Positions 18,227-28,013 are shown, counted from the first letter of the stretch. The stretch is DNA of 64,000 nt from an uncultured Gammaproteobacteria bacterium (GCA_963774415.1 CAVZEU010000005.1:45742-109741); one strand, 5' to 3'. Notes: generated by a model not told the origin, from the letters alone. Made by a program: numbers and translations.

Positions 18227-20704
18227 TCAGCCGGTCAAGCTTTCCCGCCTGCGCAGCATCAGCCAGCGCACCAGGGCAGGCAACACGACGATGGCCGCGA
18301 CCATGTTGGCCAGAAAAATGAAAGAAAGGAGTATCCCCATGTCGGCCTGAAACTGCAAGGCCGAAAAAATCCAGGTGCCGACACCGATCGCCAGCGTGAA
18401 ACCGGTGAATATCACCGCCCTGCCGGTCAGCCTGAGCGTCCGGTAATAAGCCTGACGGAATTCCAGTCCGGCCTTGAGCAACTTATGCAGGCGGTTGTAG
18501 ATGTAGATACCGTAATCCACGCCGATACCGACACCGAGCGCCACCACGGGCAGCGTGTTGACCTTCAGGCCGATGCCATAGACCGCCATCAGCGCTTCGG
18601 CCAGCGTGGACACCACGATCAGCGGCAGCACGATGCACAAGGTTCCAAGCAAACTGCGGTAGGTCACCAGGCACAGGAGAATGATCGAGCTGAATACCAA
18701 CGCCAGCATCGGGTCCTGTGCCGCCGCGATTTCCTCGTTGGTGGCCGCCATCACCCCCACATTGCCCGTGGCCAGGCGGAAGCGCAGGCGCTCGGCGGCC
18801 GCCTGGCCTTCCCCGGCCTTTTTGCGCCGGGCTTGCTTGGCCTCACTGACGGCAGCCGGGTCGATGTCCATGTCCCGACGCAACGCCTTGACCTTGCGTA
18901 CAATCCGCGCGATCGTCGCGGCGCGGTGATCAGTGGTGAATATCATGACCGGCATGGCGCTGCAGTCGCTGTTCAAAAGGCCGGTGTCGGTATCGATATT
19001 ACTGAGGTCCTGGCGCAGCAGGTAGTGATTCCGCGGCAGGATGCGCCACTTGATATTGCCCTCGTTCCAGCCGGCATTGACCACCTTGACGACCTTCGGC
19101 AACGTGATGACCTTCTGCACGCCCGGTGTGTTTTCGATGTGCCAGGCAAAGCGGTCGATGGCTTCCATGACGTTATAGTTTTCGGTGCAGGCATCCGGCA
19201 CGGTTTCGGCGATCACGGTCAGCACGTCCACGCCAAGCGCAAATTTCCTCGAGATCAGTTCGGCGTCCTGGTTGTAGCGTGAATCGGGCCGCAATTCGGG
19301 CACGCCGGCCTCGGAATCGCCGATCTTCATGTCCCTGGCCAGCCAGAACCCGCCGGCAAACAGCACCAGCGTGACCGCCAGCGTCCATGCCGCACGCCGT
19401 CGGTTGGTGAAGTCGGCCAAAAAATTCCACAGCACCGATTTCTGTACCGATTTGTTCAACAGCCGCTGGCGGTATTTTGTCGGGTTTTTGAACTGCACCC
19501 AGGACAGCAGCAACGGCAAGAGAATCAGGTTCGTCAGGATGATGACCGCGACACCGATACTGGCCGTGATGGCGAGTTCCTGGATGATGCGTATATTGAT
19601 GAACAATATGGTCAAAAACCCGATCGTGTCCGAAGCGAGCGCGATGGAACCCGGTACCAGAAGCTTTTTGATCGCCTCGCGCGACCCATGCATCGGCGAG
19701 CGGCGCGGGATATCGGTAACGGACGTGATGCCCTCGTTATACCAGTGCTCCGGGGTCCGCCCGCCGAATTCCTTCTCCACGGTCCAGGCGCTTATTTTCT
19801 GCACACCGTGACTGACACCGATGGCAAATATCAGAAATGGCGTCAGGATGTTCATCGGGTCGAGGCTGTAGCCCATCAGGTTCAGCGTGCCCAACTGCCA
19901 GACGACCGCCACCAGTGAGCAGGAAAGCGGCAGTACGGTCAGCCAGATGGACCTCGAATAGAGGTACAGGAGCAGGGCCGTCAGCACCAGTGCGATCAGG
20001 AAGAACCAGACGACCGTCTGCGCGCCGTCTGATATATCGCCGACAATCTTGGCAAAGCCGATGATATTCACGGTGAATTCAGGCCCTTCGAATTCTTTGC
20101 GAATATCCTCCAACTGGGCCGCCACTTCGCGGTAGTCCAGTTTCTGCCCGGTCTGGGGGTTTTCCTCCAGCAGGTTGGCCCAGACCATGGCGCCGGAAAA
20201 GTCGGCGGACACCAGCCGTCCGACCTCGCCGGACTTGACGATGTTCGAGCGGATCTTCCTGAACATCTCCGGCGACGGCTTGTAATCCGACGGTATGACA
20301 TTGCCGCCGGCGAAACCGTCCTCGACGATCTCGACAAAACGGACATTCGGCGTGAAGATCGAACGCACGCTGGCGCGGTCCACACCAGGGATGAAGAACA
20401 CCTTGTTGGTGATTTTTTCCAGAGCGTCGAAAAACGCGGGCGTGAACATGTTGCCGTCGCGCGCTATCAGCGCGACCAGTACGCGGTTGGCCCCGCCGAA
20501 CTCCTTTTCATACTTCAGAAACGTCCGCATGTATTCGTGTTCCAGCGGCAATTGTTTCTTGAAGCCGGTCTCGACCTTGAGTTCCGTCATCTGGTAGACC
20601 ATGGCGAGGGTGATGACCAGGAACGCCGCGACGATGCCGTAGCGGGTGTTGATCAGGGCCGTGGCGATCCTGTGCAGCCTGGTCTCCCGGACCCGTTCAG
20701 TCAT
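18227..20704 (-). CDS. RND-superfamily (MMPL/HpnN-like) inner-membrane transporter, module 1
   Basis: About 825 aa from ATG 20704 (MTERVRETRLHRI..), which overlaps the upstream BNR stop by 8 nt (ATGACTGA). The ORF track extends to 20749. Two 6-TM bundles with large periplasmic loops. Motifs GVDYGIYIYNRL and LQFQADMGILLSF are shared with the second copy at 46262. Confidence 0.85.
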   Translation of the reverse strand: MTERVRETRLHRIATALINTRYGIVAAFLVITLAMVYQMTELKVETGFKKQLPLEHEYMRTFLKYEKEFGGANRVLVALIARDGNMFTPAFFDALEKITNKVFFIPGVDRASVRSIFTPNVRFVEIVEDGFAGGNVIPSDYKPSPEMFRKIRSNIVKSGEVGRLVSADFSGAMVWANLLEENPQTGQKLDYREVAAQLEDIRKEFEGPEFTVNIIGFAKIVGDISDGAQTVVWFFLIALVLTALLLYLYSRSIWLTVLPLSCSLVAVVWQLGTLNLMGYSLDPMNILTPFLIFAIGVSHGVQKISAWTVEKEFGGRTPEHWYNEGITSVTDIPRRSPMHGSREAIKKLLVPGSIALASDTIGFLTILFINIRIIQELAITASIGVAVIILTNLILLPLLLSWVQFKNPTKYRQRLLNKSVQKSVLWNFLADFTNRRRAAWTLAVTLVLFAGGFWLARDMKIGDSEAGVPELRPDSRYNQDAELISRKFALGVDVLTVIAETVPDACTENYNVMEAIDRFAWHIENTPGVQKVITLPKVVKVVNAGWNEGNIKWRILPRNHYLLRQDLSNIDTDTGLLNSDCSAMPVMIFTTDHRAATIARIVRKVKALRRDMDIDPAAVSEAKQARRKKAGEGQAAAERLRFRLATGNVGVMAATNEEIAAAQDPMLALVFSSIILLCLVTYRSLLGTLCIVLPLIVVSTLAEALMAVYGIGLKVNTLPVVALGVGIGVDYGIYIYNRLHKLLKAGLEFRQAYYRTLRLTGRAVIFTGFTLAIGVGTWIFSALQFQADMGILLSFIFLANMVAAIVVLPALVRWLMLRRRESLTG

Positions 20705-21728
20705 TGCCGTCCCCGCTGACCTTCTTTTCCGGGAAGTGGTAAGTGCCATGTTCGCCCGTCAGTACGAAGCTTCCGTCTCCCATTGCGGCCACTGCGGAGA
20801 AATCGACACCGCTGCTATGCCGATGGACTTTGAACACTCCGTCTTTAAGGACCAGGATGATGCCGTTGTTGGCGACCAGCACGACCTTGCCGTCAGCCTG
20901 GACCGCGCCCGAAATGCTCGATTGCGTGCCGCTGTCGAGTTCCGTCCAGGTGGAACCGAAATCACAACTGCGCATTACGTGGCCGCGCAGCCCGTAAAAC
21001 AACACACAGCCGGCATCGGTCTTCAACGCGCCCCACATGGAACCCTGGTAGGGCAGTGACAAGGCCTCCCAGCTTTGCCCGTCGTCAAAACTCCGATAGG
21101 AATAGCCCGCCTCCCCGGCAATCATCCGCCTGCCATCGGCAAAACGAAGCATGCCGTTGAGGTGGTAAGTATTCTCGGGGTCGACTGCGCCATCCTTCCA
21201 GGTTCTGCCGCCGTCGCTGGTATGCAGGTATAAACCGTAGGAACCGATGGCTACGCCGTGGTTTTCGTCGGTGAAGAGAATATCCATGACGGCCTGCTCG
21301 CGACCTGGGTCGAAGAACTGCCGTGTCCACGTGTTGCCGCCGTCAGCGCTGGTGATGATCACCGCATCGTGTCCGCCGGCCCACAAGCGCTGCCCGAGGC
21401 TGAAGACCGTCGTCAGCGTGGAGCGTGTCGGCACGACATCGGCCTGCTTCCAGTGCTCACCATCGTTCGACAGGATAACGTGGCCGCGCTCGCCGACGGC
21501 CACCAGCGTGCCATCAGCGCGGGTAATGTCGAGCAGCAGGGAGTGGGTGGCCAACGGCATGTGCTCGGCGTACAGGATATCGCGGCCCCCGTCCGCCGCC
21601 CCGGGGTTCGCAAATGCCACTGCGATCAACATGCATAACAGCCCGGCGAGCAATTGCACCGGCCTGCTCAGCTGACGTTGTATCACCTCCCTTGCCTGCA
21701 TAGCGCCGCCAGACAGGCCGGTCGGCAC
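20697..21728 (-). CDS. Ycf48-like / BNR-repeat beta-propeller protein (periplasmic), module 1
   Basis: 343 aa with signal peptide (LLAGLLCMLIAVAFA). Asp-box-like repeats: SNDGEHWK, SADGGNTWT, TSDGGRTWK, FDDGQSWE, CDFGSTWT. Start uncertain (GTG 21728 or ATG 21701). Confidence 0.8.
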   Translation of the reverse strand: MPTGLSGGAMQAREVIQRQLSRPVQLLAGLLCMLIAVAFANPGAADGGRDILYAEHMPLATHSLLLDITRADGTLVAVGERGHVILSNDGEHWKQADVVPTRSTLTTVFSLGQRLWAGGHDAVIITSADGGNTWTRQFFDPGREQAVMDILFTDENHGVAIGSYGLYLHTSDGGRTWKDGAVDPENTYHLNGMLRFADGRRMIAGEAGYSYRSFDDGQSWEALSLPYQGSMWGALKTDAGCVLFYGLRGHVMRSCDFGSTWTELDSGTQSSISGAVQADGKVVLVANNGIILVLKDGVFKVHRHSSGVDFSAVAAMGDGSFVLTGEHGTYHFPEKKVSGDGND

Positions 21729-21745
21729 CGGCCCGTGAAGCCGGA

Positions 21746-23122
21746 TCAGCGGCGGCCGCGCGTACGCAAGGCCTGTGGCGTAAAGTCGCTCGGGTTCATT
21801 TTGACGTTGAACGTGTTGACCGGGTAATTATTGTCGAAACCCTGACCGACATACCTGCCGGATTGCAGGTCGTAATGCACCTCGATCGTACTCCAGAACG
21901 TCGGCACATCGTAATAATTGATGCAATGCGCTTCGGAGACGCGCCACAATTGCAACCGGCCGTCATAATGGTCGGTCAGCAGAATCTGGTAGCTGTCCTC
22001 GTCCAGGTAATAGGTGCGTTTGGGGTTGATGTGCCGCATGCCTTTCTTCAGATCGGCCTCGACCACCCAGACGCGGTGCAATTCATATCGCATCAGGTTC
22101 TGGTTCAGGTGACCGGGCTGAATGAAGTCGTCATTACTGACCCCTGCTGCATGGGCCTTGTAAGAGTTGTACGGTACGTACATCTCTTTCTTGCCGATGA
22201 TTTTCCAGTTGAACCGGTCCATCGCGCCGTTGAACATGTCCGTCATGTCGTTGGTCCGCAGACCGTCGGAAGCCGTTCCCGGGTTGTCGTAGGCCACGTT
22301 GGGCGCGCGCCGCACGCGACGCTGACCGGGGTTGTAAATCCAGGCTTGACGCGGCTGCAGTTTCTGGTTGAGGGTTTCATGCACCAGCAGGATGTTGCCC
22401 GCCAGGCGCGCCGGGGACTCCACTTCCTGGTAGAAATACAGCAATATGTTGTTGATCGATTCAATGGTGGCGCCCGGCTGGTAGTACAAACCCAGCAGCT
22501 CCTCGCGAATGACGGTGACCGAGTACTGGCCGCTGGCCGTCGGTGCAATCTGGTTGTTATAGCGAACGCCGCCGATGCCCTTGTACTTGAGCTTGTGGTT
22601 CCACATCAGTTCATAGGCGTTCTCGGGGAACGGGAACGGAAACCCTTCCGCCGCATCGGCAACCCCCTCGCCGTCGGCGACCAGTTTTGCGGTGGCGCCG
22701 TTCTTGGCGGTCATTTCGTAGATCCGCTGCGGGAACGAGGCCGAGCGCCGCGTCGGATACACGTCCATGAAGTAGGTATCGGGATACTTTTCGAACATGG
22801 CCTGCAGGCCGACGCTGAGCTTGTCCGCGTACTGCTTGTAGTTGGCGCCGGTGATCCGGAACAGCGGCTTGTCGTCCGGGAACGGATCCTCATGATGGTC
22901 TCCCGGCTTGTAACCGGCCGGCGGTTGGGTGATGCCGCCGGTCCACGGCGGGATCGTGCCGTCCGCATTGCCGGCCCGCTCGGAACCCATCGGCGTCAGG
23001 TCTTCACTGAGGCGGTGAACCTGGTCGGGGTGCGGGCCGGCGAACGCCTGGCCGGCGGCCAGGCATGCCGCCAGTGCGATTCCCATGCAGGTTGGAAGTG
23101 TTCGTTTGCTTAATAGTCGCAT
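21746..23122 (-). CDS. DUF1329-family (LolA-like, 'outer membrane lipoprotein-sorting') periplasmic protein, module 1
   Basis: ATG 23122 (MRLLSKRTLPTCMGIALAACLAAGQAFA signal peptide) has GGAGA 6 nt upstream. The TPMGSERAGNADGTIPPWTGG opening is the hallmark DUF1329 N-terminus. About 458 aa. Confidence 0.85.
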   Translation of the reverse strand: MRLLSKRTLPTCMGIALAACLAAGQAFAGPHPDQVHRLSEDLTPMGSERAGNADGTIPPWTGGITQPPAGYKPGDHHEDPFPDDKPLFRITGANYKQYADKLSVGLQAMFEKYPDTYFMDVYPTRRSASFPQRIYEMTAKNGATAKLVADGEGVADAAEGFPFPFPENAYELMWNHKLKYKGIGGVRYNNQIAPTASGQYSVTVIREELLGLYYQPGATIESINNILLYFYQEVESPARLAGNILLVHETLNQKLQPRQAWIYNPGQRRVRRAPNVAYDNPGTASDGLRTNDMTDMFNGAMDRFNWKIIGKKEMYVPYNSYKAHAAGVSNDDFIQPGHLNQNLMRYELHRVWVVEADLKKGMRHINPKRTYYLDEDSYQILLTDHYDGRLQLWRVSEAHCINYYDVPTFWSTIEVHYDLQSGRYVGQGFDNNYPVNTFNVKMNPSDFTPQALRTRGRR

Positions 23123-23137
23123 GACATTCTCCGGCAA

Positions 23138-25000
23138 TCAGAATGAGTAACTGATACTCGCAGTGTAGAAGTCCCGATCCTGGAGCAGGTTGTACCGGCC
23201 GCCGCCCATGTAGTTGGTGTAGGCGAAATCCAGAACCCATTTTTGCAGGTAATTGAAGCCGAGCCCGACCGTCAAGGTCTTGCGCCCGTCGACGAAAGAG
23301 CCGCCCGGTCCGGGCGTCGTGCCGTTGACGTCATGCGCCCAGGCCAGCCTCGGTGCAACCGTCCAGGCGCCGACGACGTTGTTGTACTCGGGACGGATCA
23401 ACACGCGGTAGCCCCAACTGAAATCGTCGGCGAAACCGTCAGGCTCGGTCATCGGGTTGCGGAAATCCCCGCTGAGGTAATCCGGGCCGCCGCCGAGATC
23501 GGTGCCCGGCCCGTTGAAGCGCAAAACGTCCTTGGACGGCAGGTTCGGCACGTAATTGAAACCAACCTCGGCCACGAAGGCGACCTGGTCGGCCTTGAGG
23601 GCATTGTTCGGCCCGAACAGCTTGGTCGTGGTGGCCTGGGCCTGCCAGGACTTGAACCTGCGCCAGCCCCGGATTTCCTCGCCCGGAGCGAAATTGCCCA
23701 ACTGGCTCTTGAAGCGCAGCACCGGCGCCGGGATCAGCGGGTTCAGCGGCGACAGGCCGGCGAACAGGATCTCGACGTCGTCGATCTGCAGCGGCGCATT
23801 CGGCCGGTAACTGACCTCACCCGCCAGCGCCCAGGTGCCGATGTTGCTGTTGAAACTGGCGCCGATGAGGTGGATATCTTCCGGGTACTCGGTCCAGTAG
23901 GTGCCGCTGCCCAGCGCCTGGCTGGTAATGGCCGAACCGCTGATCAACGGCAGCCGGCTGTGATAGTTGAGGTAATACAGCGCAAACTCGGTGCTGTTCA
24001 GGTTGTCGGCGAAATAACGCAAGGCCACACCGAACTGTCCCTTGTCACTGGGCAGGCGACTCTTGGCCCGCGGGAACGACAGGCTGCAACCGGTCGCCAC
24101 CAGCGTTGGCGGCAGTCCCGTGTCAGATGCCGCGTAGTTGCCCTGTCCGCAAACCGTTCCGTAAAGATCCGGGTTGATCACCGGCTGCGGTACCCCGCCG
24201 AAACCGAGCATGACGTAGGAAGCGCCCGGTGTCGCGATGTCGTTGGTGCTGAAGAACGCGCCCGCCGGGTCCGGTATGATCTTGCGGTACTCGAGCATGT
24301 ACAGCGCTTCCACCGACGTGTTCTGCGTCAGGTCCATGGAACCCCAGAGCATGTTGACGCCTTCGAAGGCTTCTTTCAGTTGGGCCCCGGCCGCACGGAG
24401 GCGGGACACGTCGACCGGGTTGATGATATTGATCCCGCCCTGGATGAAGGTCGACTCACCCCAACTCACGACCTGCCGGCCGACACGCCAACTCAGCGTG
24501 TGTTCGCCCAAGCCCTGGTTGCCCCAGATATACAGGTCCAGCAGGCGCGCGTCCTTGCCGACGCGTTGTTTCGCATCGTGCGAGAGAAACGCCTTGTCGT
24601 GGTTCTCCAGGTCGTAGAAGGCCATAAAGCGTGTAAAGGCGCCGAAATTGCGCCAGCGGAGGTCCAGTTCCGACGTGATCTTGGCCGTGTTGGACACGAG
24701 GTCACCGGCGTCGGGATAGTTCAGGCCGCCGTCGTCGTTGTTGACCGACCAGCGCCCGGGCGCCGCCCGCTGGCCGGCGTTGTCCAGCAAGAACGTGGTC
24801 GGGTTGAACCAGGCCTTGCCGATGAATTTCTCTTTCGCGTCCGTCGCGCGCCACGTCGCGCCGAAGCTGATCGTCGTATCCAGGCTGCCGGTCATCTCCC
24901 CGCTGGAAAAATCCAGGGCCGAGGCTGCCGTGCTCGCCATTGCGGACAGCAGCAGGCAGGTTAACACGGCGCCTGCAAGGTGCTTGCGTTGGCTCTTCAT
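23138..25000 (-). CDS. DUF1302-family predicted outer-membrane beta-barrel protein, module 1
   Basis: ATG 25000 gives MKSQRKHLAGAVLTCLLLSAMASTAASA signal peptide; GTG 25054 is the ORF-track alternative. RVGRQVVSWGESTFIQGGINIINPVD motif. Alternating beta-strand pattern and aromatic C-terminus (SISYSF). Confidence 0.85.
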   Translation of the reverse strand: MKSQRKHLAGAVLTCLLLSAMASTAASALDFSSGEMTGSLDTTISFGATWRATDAKEKFIGKAWFNPTTFLLDNAGQRAAPGRWSVNNDDGGLNYPDAGDLVSNTAKITSELDLRWRNFGAFTRFMAFYDLENHDKAFLSHDAKQRVGKDARLLDLYIWGNQGLGEHTLSWRVGRQVVSWGESTFIQGGINIINPVDVSRLRAAGAQLKEAFEGVNMLWGSMDLTQNTSVEALYMLEYRKIIPDPAGAFFSTNDIATPGASYVMLGFGGVPQPVINPDLYGTVCGQGNYAASDTGLPPTLVATGCSLSFPRAKSRLPSDKGQFGVALRYFADNLNSTEFALYYLNYHSRLPLISGSAITSQALGSGTYWTEYPEDIHLIGASFNSNIGTWALAGEVSYRPNAPLQIDDVEILFAGLSPLNPLIPAPVLRFKSQLGNFAPGEEIRGWRRFKSWQAQATTTKLFGPNNALKADQVAFVAEVGFNYVPNLPSKDVLRFNGPGTDLGGGPDYLSGDFRNPMTEPDGFADDFSWGYRVLIRPEYNNVVGAWTVAPRLAWAHDVNGTTPGPGGSFVDGRKTLTVGLGFNYLQKWVLDFAYTNYMGGGRYNLLQDRDFYTASISYSF

Positions 25001-25043
25001 TTTCGTTTCCCTAATGGCCCTTAACGTACTGGTTTTCGCAAGA

Positions 25044-27311
25044 TCAGTTTTCACGGCGCACCCCCCGCCTCAAAGGCACCTGCACCGCCTGCGGAGACGC
25101 GGCGGCCACCGGTTCGGATTTGCCCTTCGATTTCCCGTCCGTGTTTCCGGCCTCGCTGACCCCCGGTTGGACGTTGACGGCGGGCACCGCGATGATCGGC
25201 ACCATCGTGCTCTGGTCCGTGACCTGGATCAGGCCGCCGTGCGAGGCGATGAACGAGGCCATCTGTGTCTGCATTTCAACGGTCGCAGCCACGGAATACG
25301 CCGGGCTTATGAGCGAACCGTGCTCGGCCGGCGGCAGGAAGCGCGCCGCGGCGCGTAAACCGTCGGGACTTTGCAGCGTGCTGCTGTAGGGCGTCAGCCC
25401 ACCGACCGCGATCAGCGGTTCGGTGCCCGACAGCGGCGCCGTGTCCACGTAATTCGGGACAACCGTGTCACCGATCACTTCATGCAGCATGATCGGTGTG
25501 ACACCGGCAGCCTCCTGCACCCAGTTGACCGGGTCCGCGGAATCCAGCACGGTCTGCCAGGCGATGAAAAACTGCTCGTAGTCCGCAGTGCCTGGTTCCA
25601 GACCCGCTCCGGCGTACAGGCCAGCGCGGATGGGCGGACCAAAAGTGGGAGATGCTTCCGCGAATCGGGCGATACCGCCGCCCGGCGCGGACAGCACGGA
25701 ACGCGAAATCAACGGCTCATAGGCGCTGAGGATCGTGCCGTGCATGGCGCCCCACGAATGTCCGACATAGGCGATGTTGGTGCCGTCGGTGTCCGGCACC
25801 GTGTCATCGTCGAAATCCATTTGCGGCACCGACAAGGCCAGCACGGACAGGTCGGCGACGCCCTGCCGGATCGTGTCGCGCCCGGTCAGCATGCTGGCGA
25901 GCGCAGCGCTCACCCAGTGCGTGCCCGACGGGTCGATCAGGCCGTCCGGTCCCGGCGCACCTGTCTGGTTATTGATGATATCCGTGTCGAAGGTGCGTTC
26001 GTTCGCGACCGGCGCAAAGGGTGTGTTCTCAACGTAAAAACCGGCCAGTTGGGGCTCCTCGTCCGGATTGACTCCGTGCAACGGAAAATCGATCGCGACC
26101 GCCGCGTAGCCGATGGAGGCCAGCGTATCGGCGATCGCCAGCAAGTCGGTGCGGTTACGCGTGATGCCGTGGCCGTATATCACGACCGGCCAGCCGCCGG
26201 CGGGCTTGGCATGCCCGGAATACGCGTTCGGCACCGTCACCAAGAGCGGCACCGTCTGCATGCCGGTCAAAACCGGCATCGGGTTGGCGACCGTGATATT
26301 GGTCGAAGTCGGGTCGAGGCCGTACTGGTCGAACGGCGGCACGTAAGCGCCCGGCGCGGCCTTCCAGAACCCCGTCAGCGCGGCCGTGGGATTCTCCGGC
26401 GTCGGTATGCCCGAGTAATACGGCAGCGTGATGATGCCAATTTCGATATCGGCGATGCCCGCCCCGCCCACCGCGGCCGTCGTCATCATGGTCGGCACGA
26501 TCGTCGTCGGCGCCGGCTGGGCCGCGGCCCGCAGTTGTTTCAGCGTCCGCGTAACCGATTCGGTCTGCACCGTCCAGCTGAGGATGATGTCGTCCGGGTC
26601 GATACCGGCGTAGGCGGCCGCGTTCAGCTCCATGCTCTGGGTAGCCTGCCTGAGCGGCTCGAGGTTTTGCGCCGTCTCGTCGTCGATCAGCGAGTAAGTA
26701 CTGTGGCCGTTGGCGTCGACCCAAGGCGTGCGCCGCTTGGTCAGGAAATACGTCGTGTCCGGGGTCGCGTCGTTGCCGGCAGCATCCTTGATGCCGTTGG
26801 TCAGCACGGCCATGTAGGCCGTGTACTCGTGCAGCGGGCGCAGCGGCAGAATGACAACGTTGCTGCCGGAGGCCAGCGCAAAGTAATCGAGACCGGGCGT
26901 CAGTTCGCGGACAATACTGGTCACCGCGACGAACGATTGGGTCGTGACCTCGAACACCCTGACCGATTGCCCCGGCACGACGGAGGCCGGGTCGATGGCG
27001 CCGGGCTGGCCGTTGACGTCGACAAAACCGGTCACCCACTTCTCGGTGGTGCTGAAGCCGTCGAGCGCATCGAGCGCCACTATCGGGTCGCCGTAATCGG
27101 TCGGGTCCGCGGCCGGGATATTCAGCGTCAGGTCGGTGGTGTCCGTGAACGCCAGGTTCGACGGAAACGGGATAGGACCGTCAGGCGGGGCGAAACTCGC
27201 CGTCAGCACGCCGGTGACGACACTGCCGTCCTTGTTCAGCGCCGGACCGTACTGGGCGCTGACGTTGAGCGTGAAAAGTGACAGGAACAGCAGGATTAGA
27301 CGCTTACTCAT
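25044..27311 (-). CDS. Secreted alpha/beta-hydrolase lipase, VolA/Pla-1/cef-like (bacterial lipase N-terminal domain plus GxSxG domain)
   Basis: About 755 aa from ATG 27311 (GGAG RBS; MSKRLILLFLSLFTLNVSA signal peptide). Long N-terminal beta-rich region, then the nucleophile elbow GHSWG (YVGHSWGAMHG). Size and layout resemble Vibrio VolA / Aeromonas Pla-1 lipases. First gene of the operon. Confidence 0.75.
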   Translation of the reverse strand: MSKRLILLFLSLFTLNVSAQYGPALNKDGSVVTGVLTASFAPPDGPIPFPSNLAFTDTTDLTLNIPAADPTDYGDPIVALDALDGFSTTEKWVTGFVDVNGQPGAIDPASVVPGQSVRVFEVTTQSFVAVTSIVRELTPGLDYFALASGSNVVILPLRPLHEYTAYMAVLTNGIKDAAGNDATPDTTYFLTKRRTPWVDANGHSTYSLIDDETAQNLEPLRQATQSMELNAAAYAGIDPDDIILSWTVQTESVTRTLKQLRAAAQPAPTTIVPTMMTTAAVGGAGIADIEIGIITLPYYSGIPTPENPTAALTGFWKAAPGAYVPPFDQYGLDPTSTNITVANPMPVLTGMQTVPLLVTVPNAYSGHAKPAGGWPVVIYGHGITRNRTDLLAIADTLASIGYAAVAIDFPLHGVNPDEEPQLAGFYVENTPFAPVANERTFDTDIINNQTGAPGPDGLIDPSGTHWVSAALASMLTGRDTIRQGVADLSVLALSVPQMDFDDDTVPDTDGTNIAYVGHSWGAMHGTILSAYEPLISRSVLSAPGGGIARFAEASPTFGPPIRAGLYAGAGLEPGTADYEQFFIAWQTVLDSADPVNWVQEAAGVTPIMLHEVIGDTVVPNYVDTAPLSGTEPLIAVGGLTPYSSTLQSPDGLRAAARFLPPAEHGSLISPAYSVAATVEMQTQMASFIASHGGLIQVTDQSTMVPIIAVPAVNVQPGVSEAGNTDGKSKGKSEPVAAASPQAVQVPLRRGVRREN

Positions 27312-27483
27312 GATTGAGCTCCCCATAAAAAGTGCAGTACCAATACGCCGTTATGCCGCGAGCCCGGAGCCGGGCGGGCCGAAGTCCGCTCGCGGGCAAG
27401 GCTGAATTTGTGTTATTTAACAACCCCATTGACTGCTTCTCTGGCTGGCAGTCTCTTGCGCGTGCAATAGGTCATTTTCCAAT

Positions 27484-27499
27484 CATACGGCAGCGTATG
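27484..27499. promoter_or_regulatory. Inverted repeat CATACG-N4-CGTATG (candidate operator)
   Basis: Perfect 6-bp arms in the 296-nt divergent region between the lipase operon and the PHA-protein/TetR genes. Function is inferred only. Confidence 0.25.
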
Positions 27500-27607
27500 C
27501 AAAAACAAAAATGGCAAATTGGATGTTGTTGATCTAAATCAAACGGCTTGTCGTCATGGAATACGGCGCGGGCGGTGGATTAGACTGCGCTTAACACCGG
27601 GGAAAGC

Positions 27608-27904
27608 ATGACGAACGTGTTCACTATCGATATCCAGGCTAGCCACCAACTGGTCCATGCCGGGGCTTTGCGCGCCGCCGAAGCGTTGTCGCGCGATTTG
27701 GCGGAAAGGTTCGCTATCGCTTATCACTGGGAAGACGAGGTGATTGTGTTCCAGCGGCCCGGTATCCGCGGACGCATCCGCGTACAGGACACCAAGATCG
27801 CGGTAGAAGCGCACCTGGGTCTGATGTTGACGCTGTTGCAAGATTCCATCGAGCGGGAAATCGTTCGCTATCTCGAGGAGCACTTCGGCTGCCGCTTCCG
27901 ATAG
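27608..27904 (+). CDS. Putative polyhydroxyalkanoic-acid system protein (PHA_gran_rgn-like)
   Basis: 98 aa. Size and pattern (H.L....A...AE.L...L.ERF...Y.WE.....F.R.G..G.I.V.D..I.V...LG.ML.LL...IE.EI..YL) fit the small PHA-system family. GGGGAAAG RBS. Confidence 0.65.
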   Translation: MTNVFTIDIQASHQLVHAGALRAAEALSRDLAERFAIAYHWEDEVIVFQRPGIRGRIRVQDTKIAVEAHLGLMLTLLQDSIEREIVRYLEEHFGCRFR

Positions 27905-28013
27905 CGGCGAAGCCACTGATCAAACGAAGCGGCCATGACCGCCGCGTCACCGCCCAACACGCCCGCCGTGGCGTGGCACCCATGCTGCAGGGAGCCATCC
28001 TGCTACAATCGGC

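Noticed and set aside
23243-24964. Very long antisense ORFs opposite real genes. This one is 573 aa. Others include 25371..27281 (636 aa), 11230..12585, 1067..2164, 13790..14938, 18170..19282, 42997..44202, 45087..46094, 59219..60292 and 63042..63986.
   Set aside because: Their translations are dominated by Arg, Gly, Pro, His, Ala and Val, with no motifs, signal peptides or RBS. The opposite strand carries clearly recognisable families in each case. This is the usual stop-codon-poor antisense artefact of GC-rich DNA.
27446-27459. Sigma54-like TGGCAG-N-TTGC element upstream of the PHA-system gene.
   Set aside because: The GG-to-GC spacing is one nucleotide shorter than the invariant -24/-12 spacing, and the -24 element is TGGCAG rather than TGGCAC. 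No enhancer-binding-protein gene is nearby.
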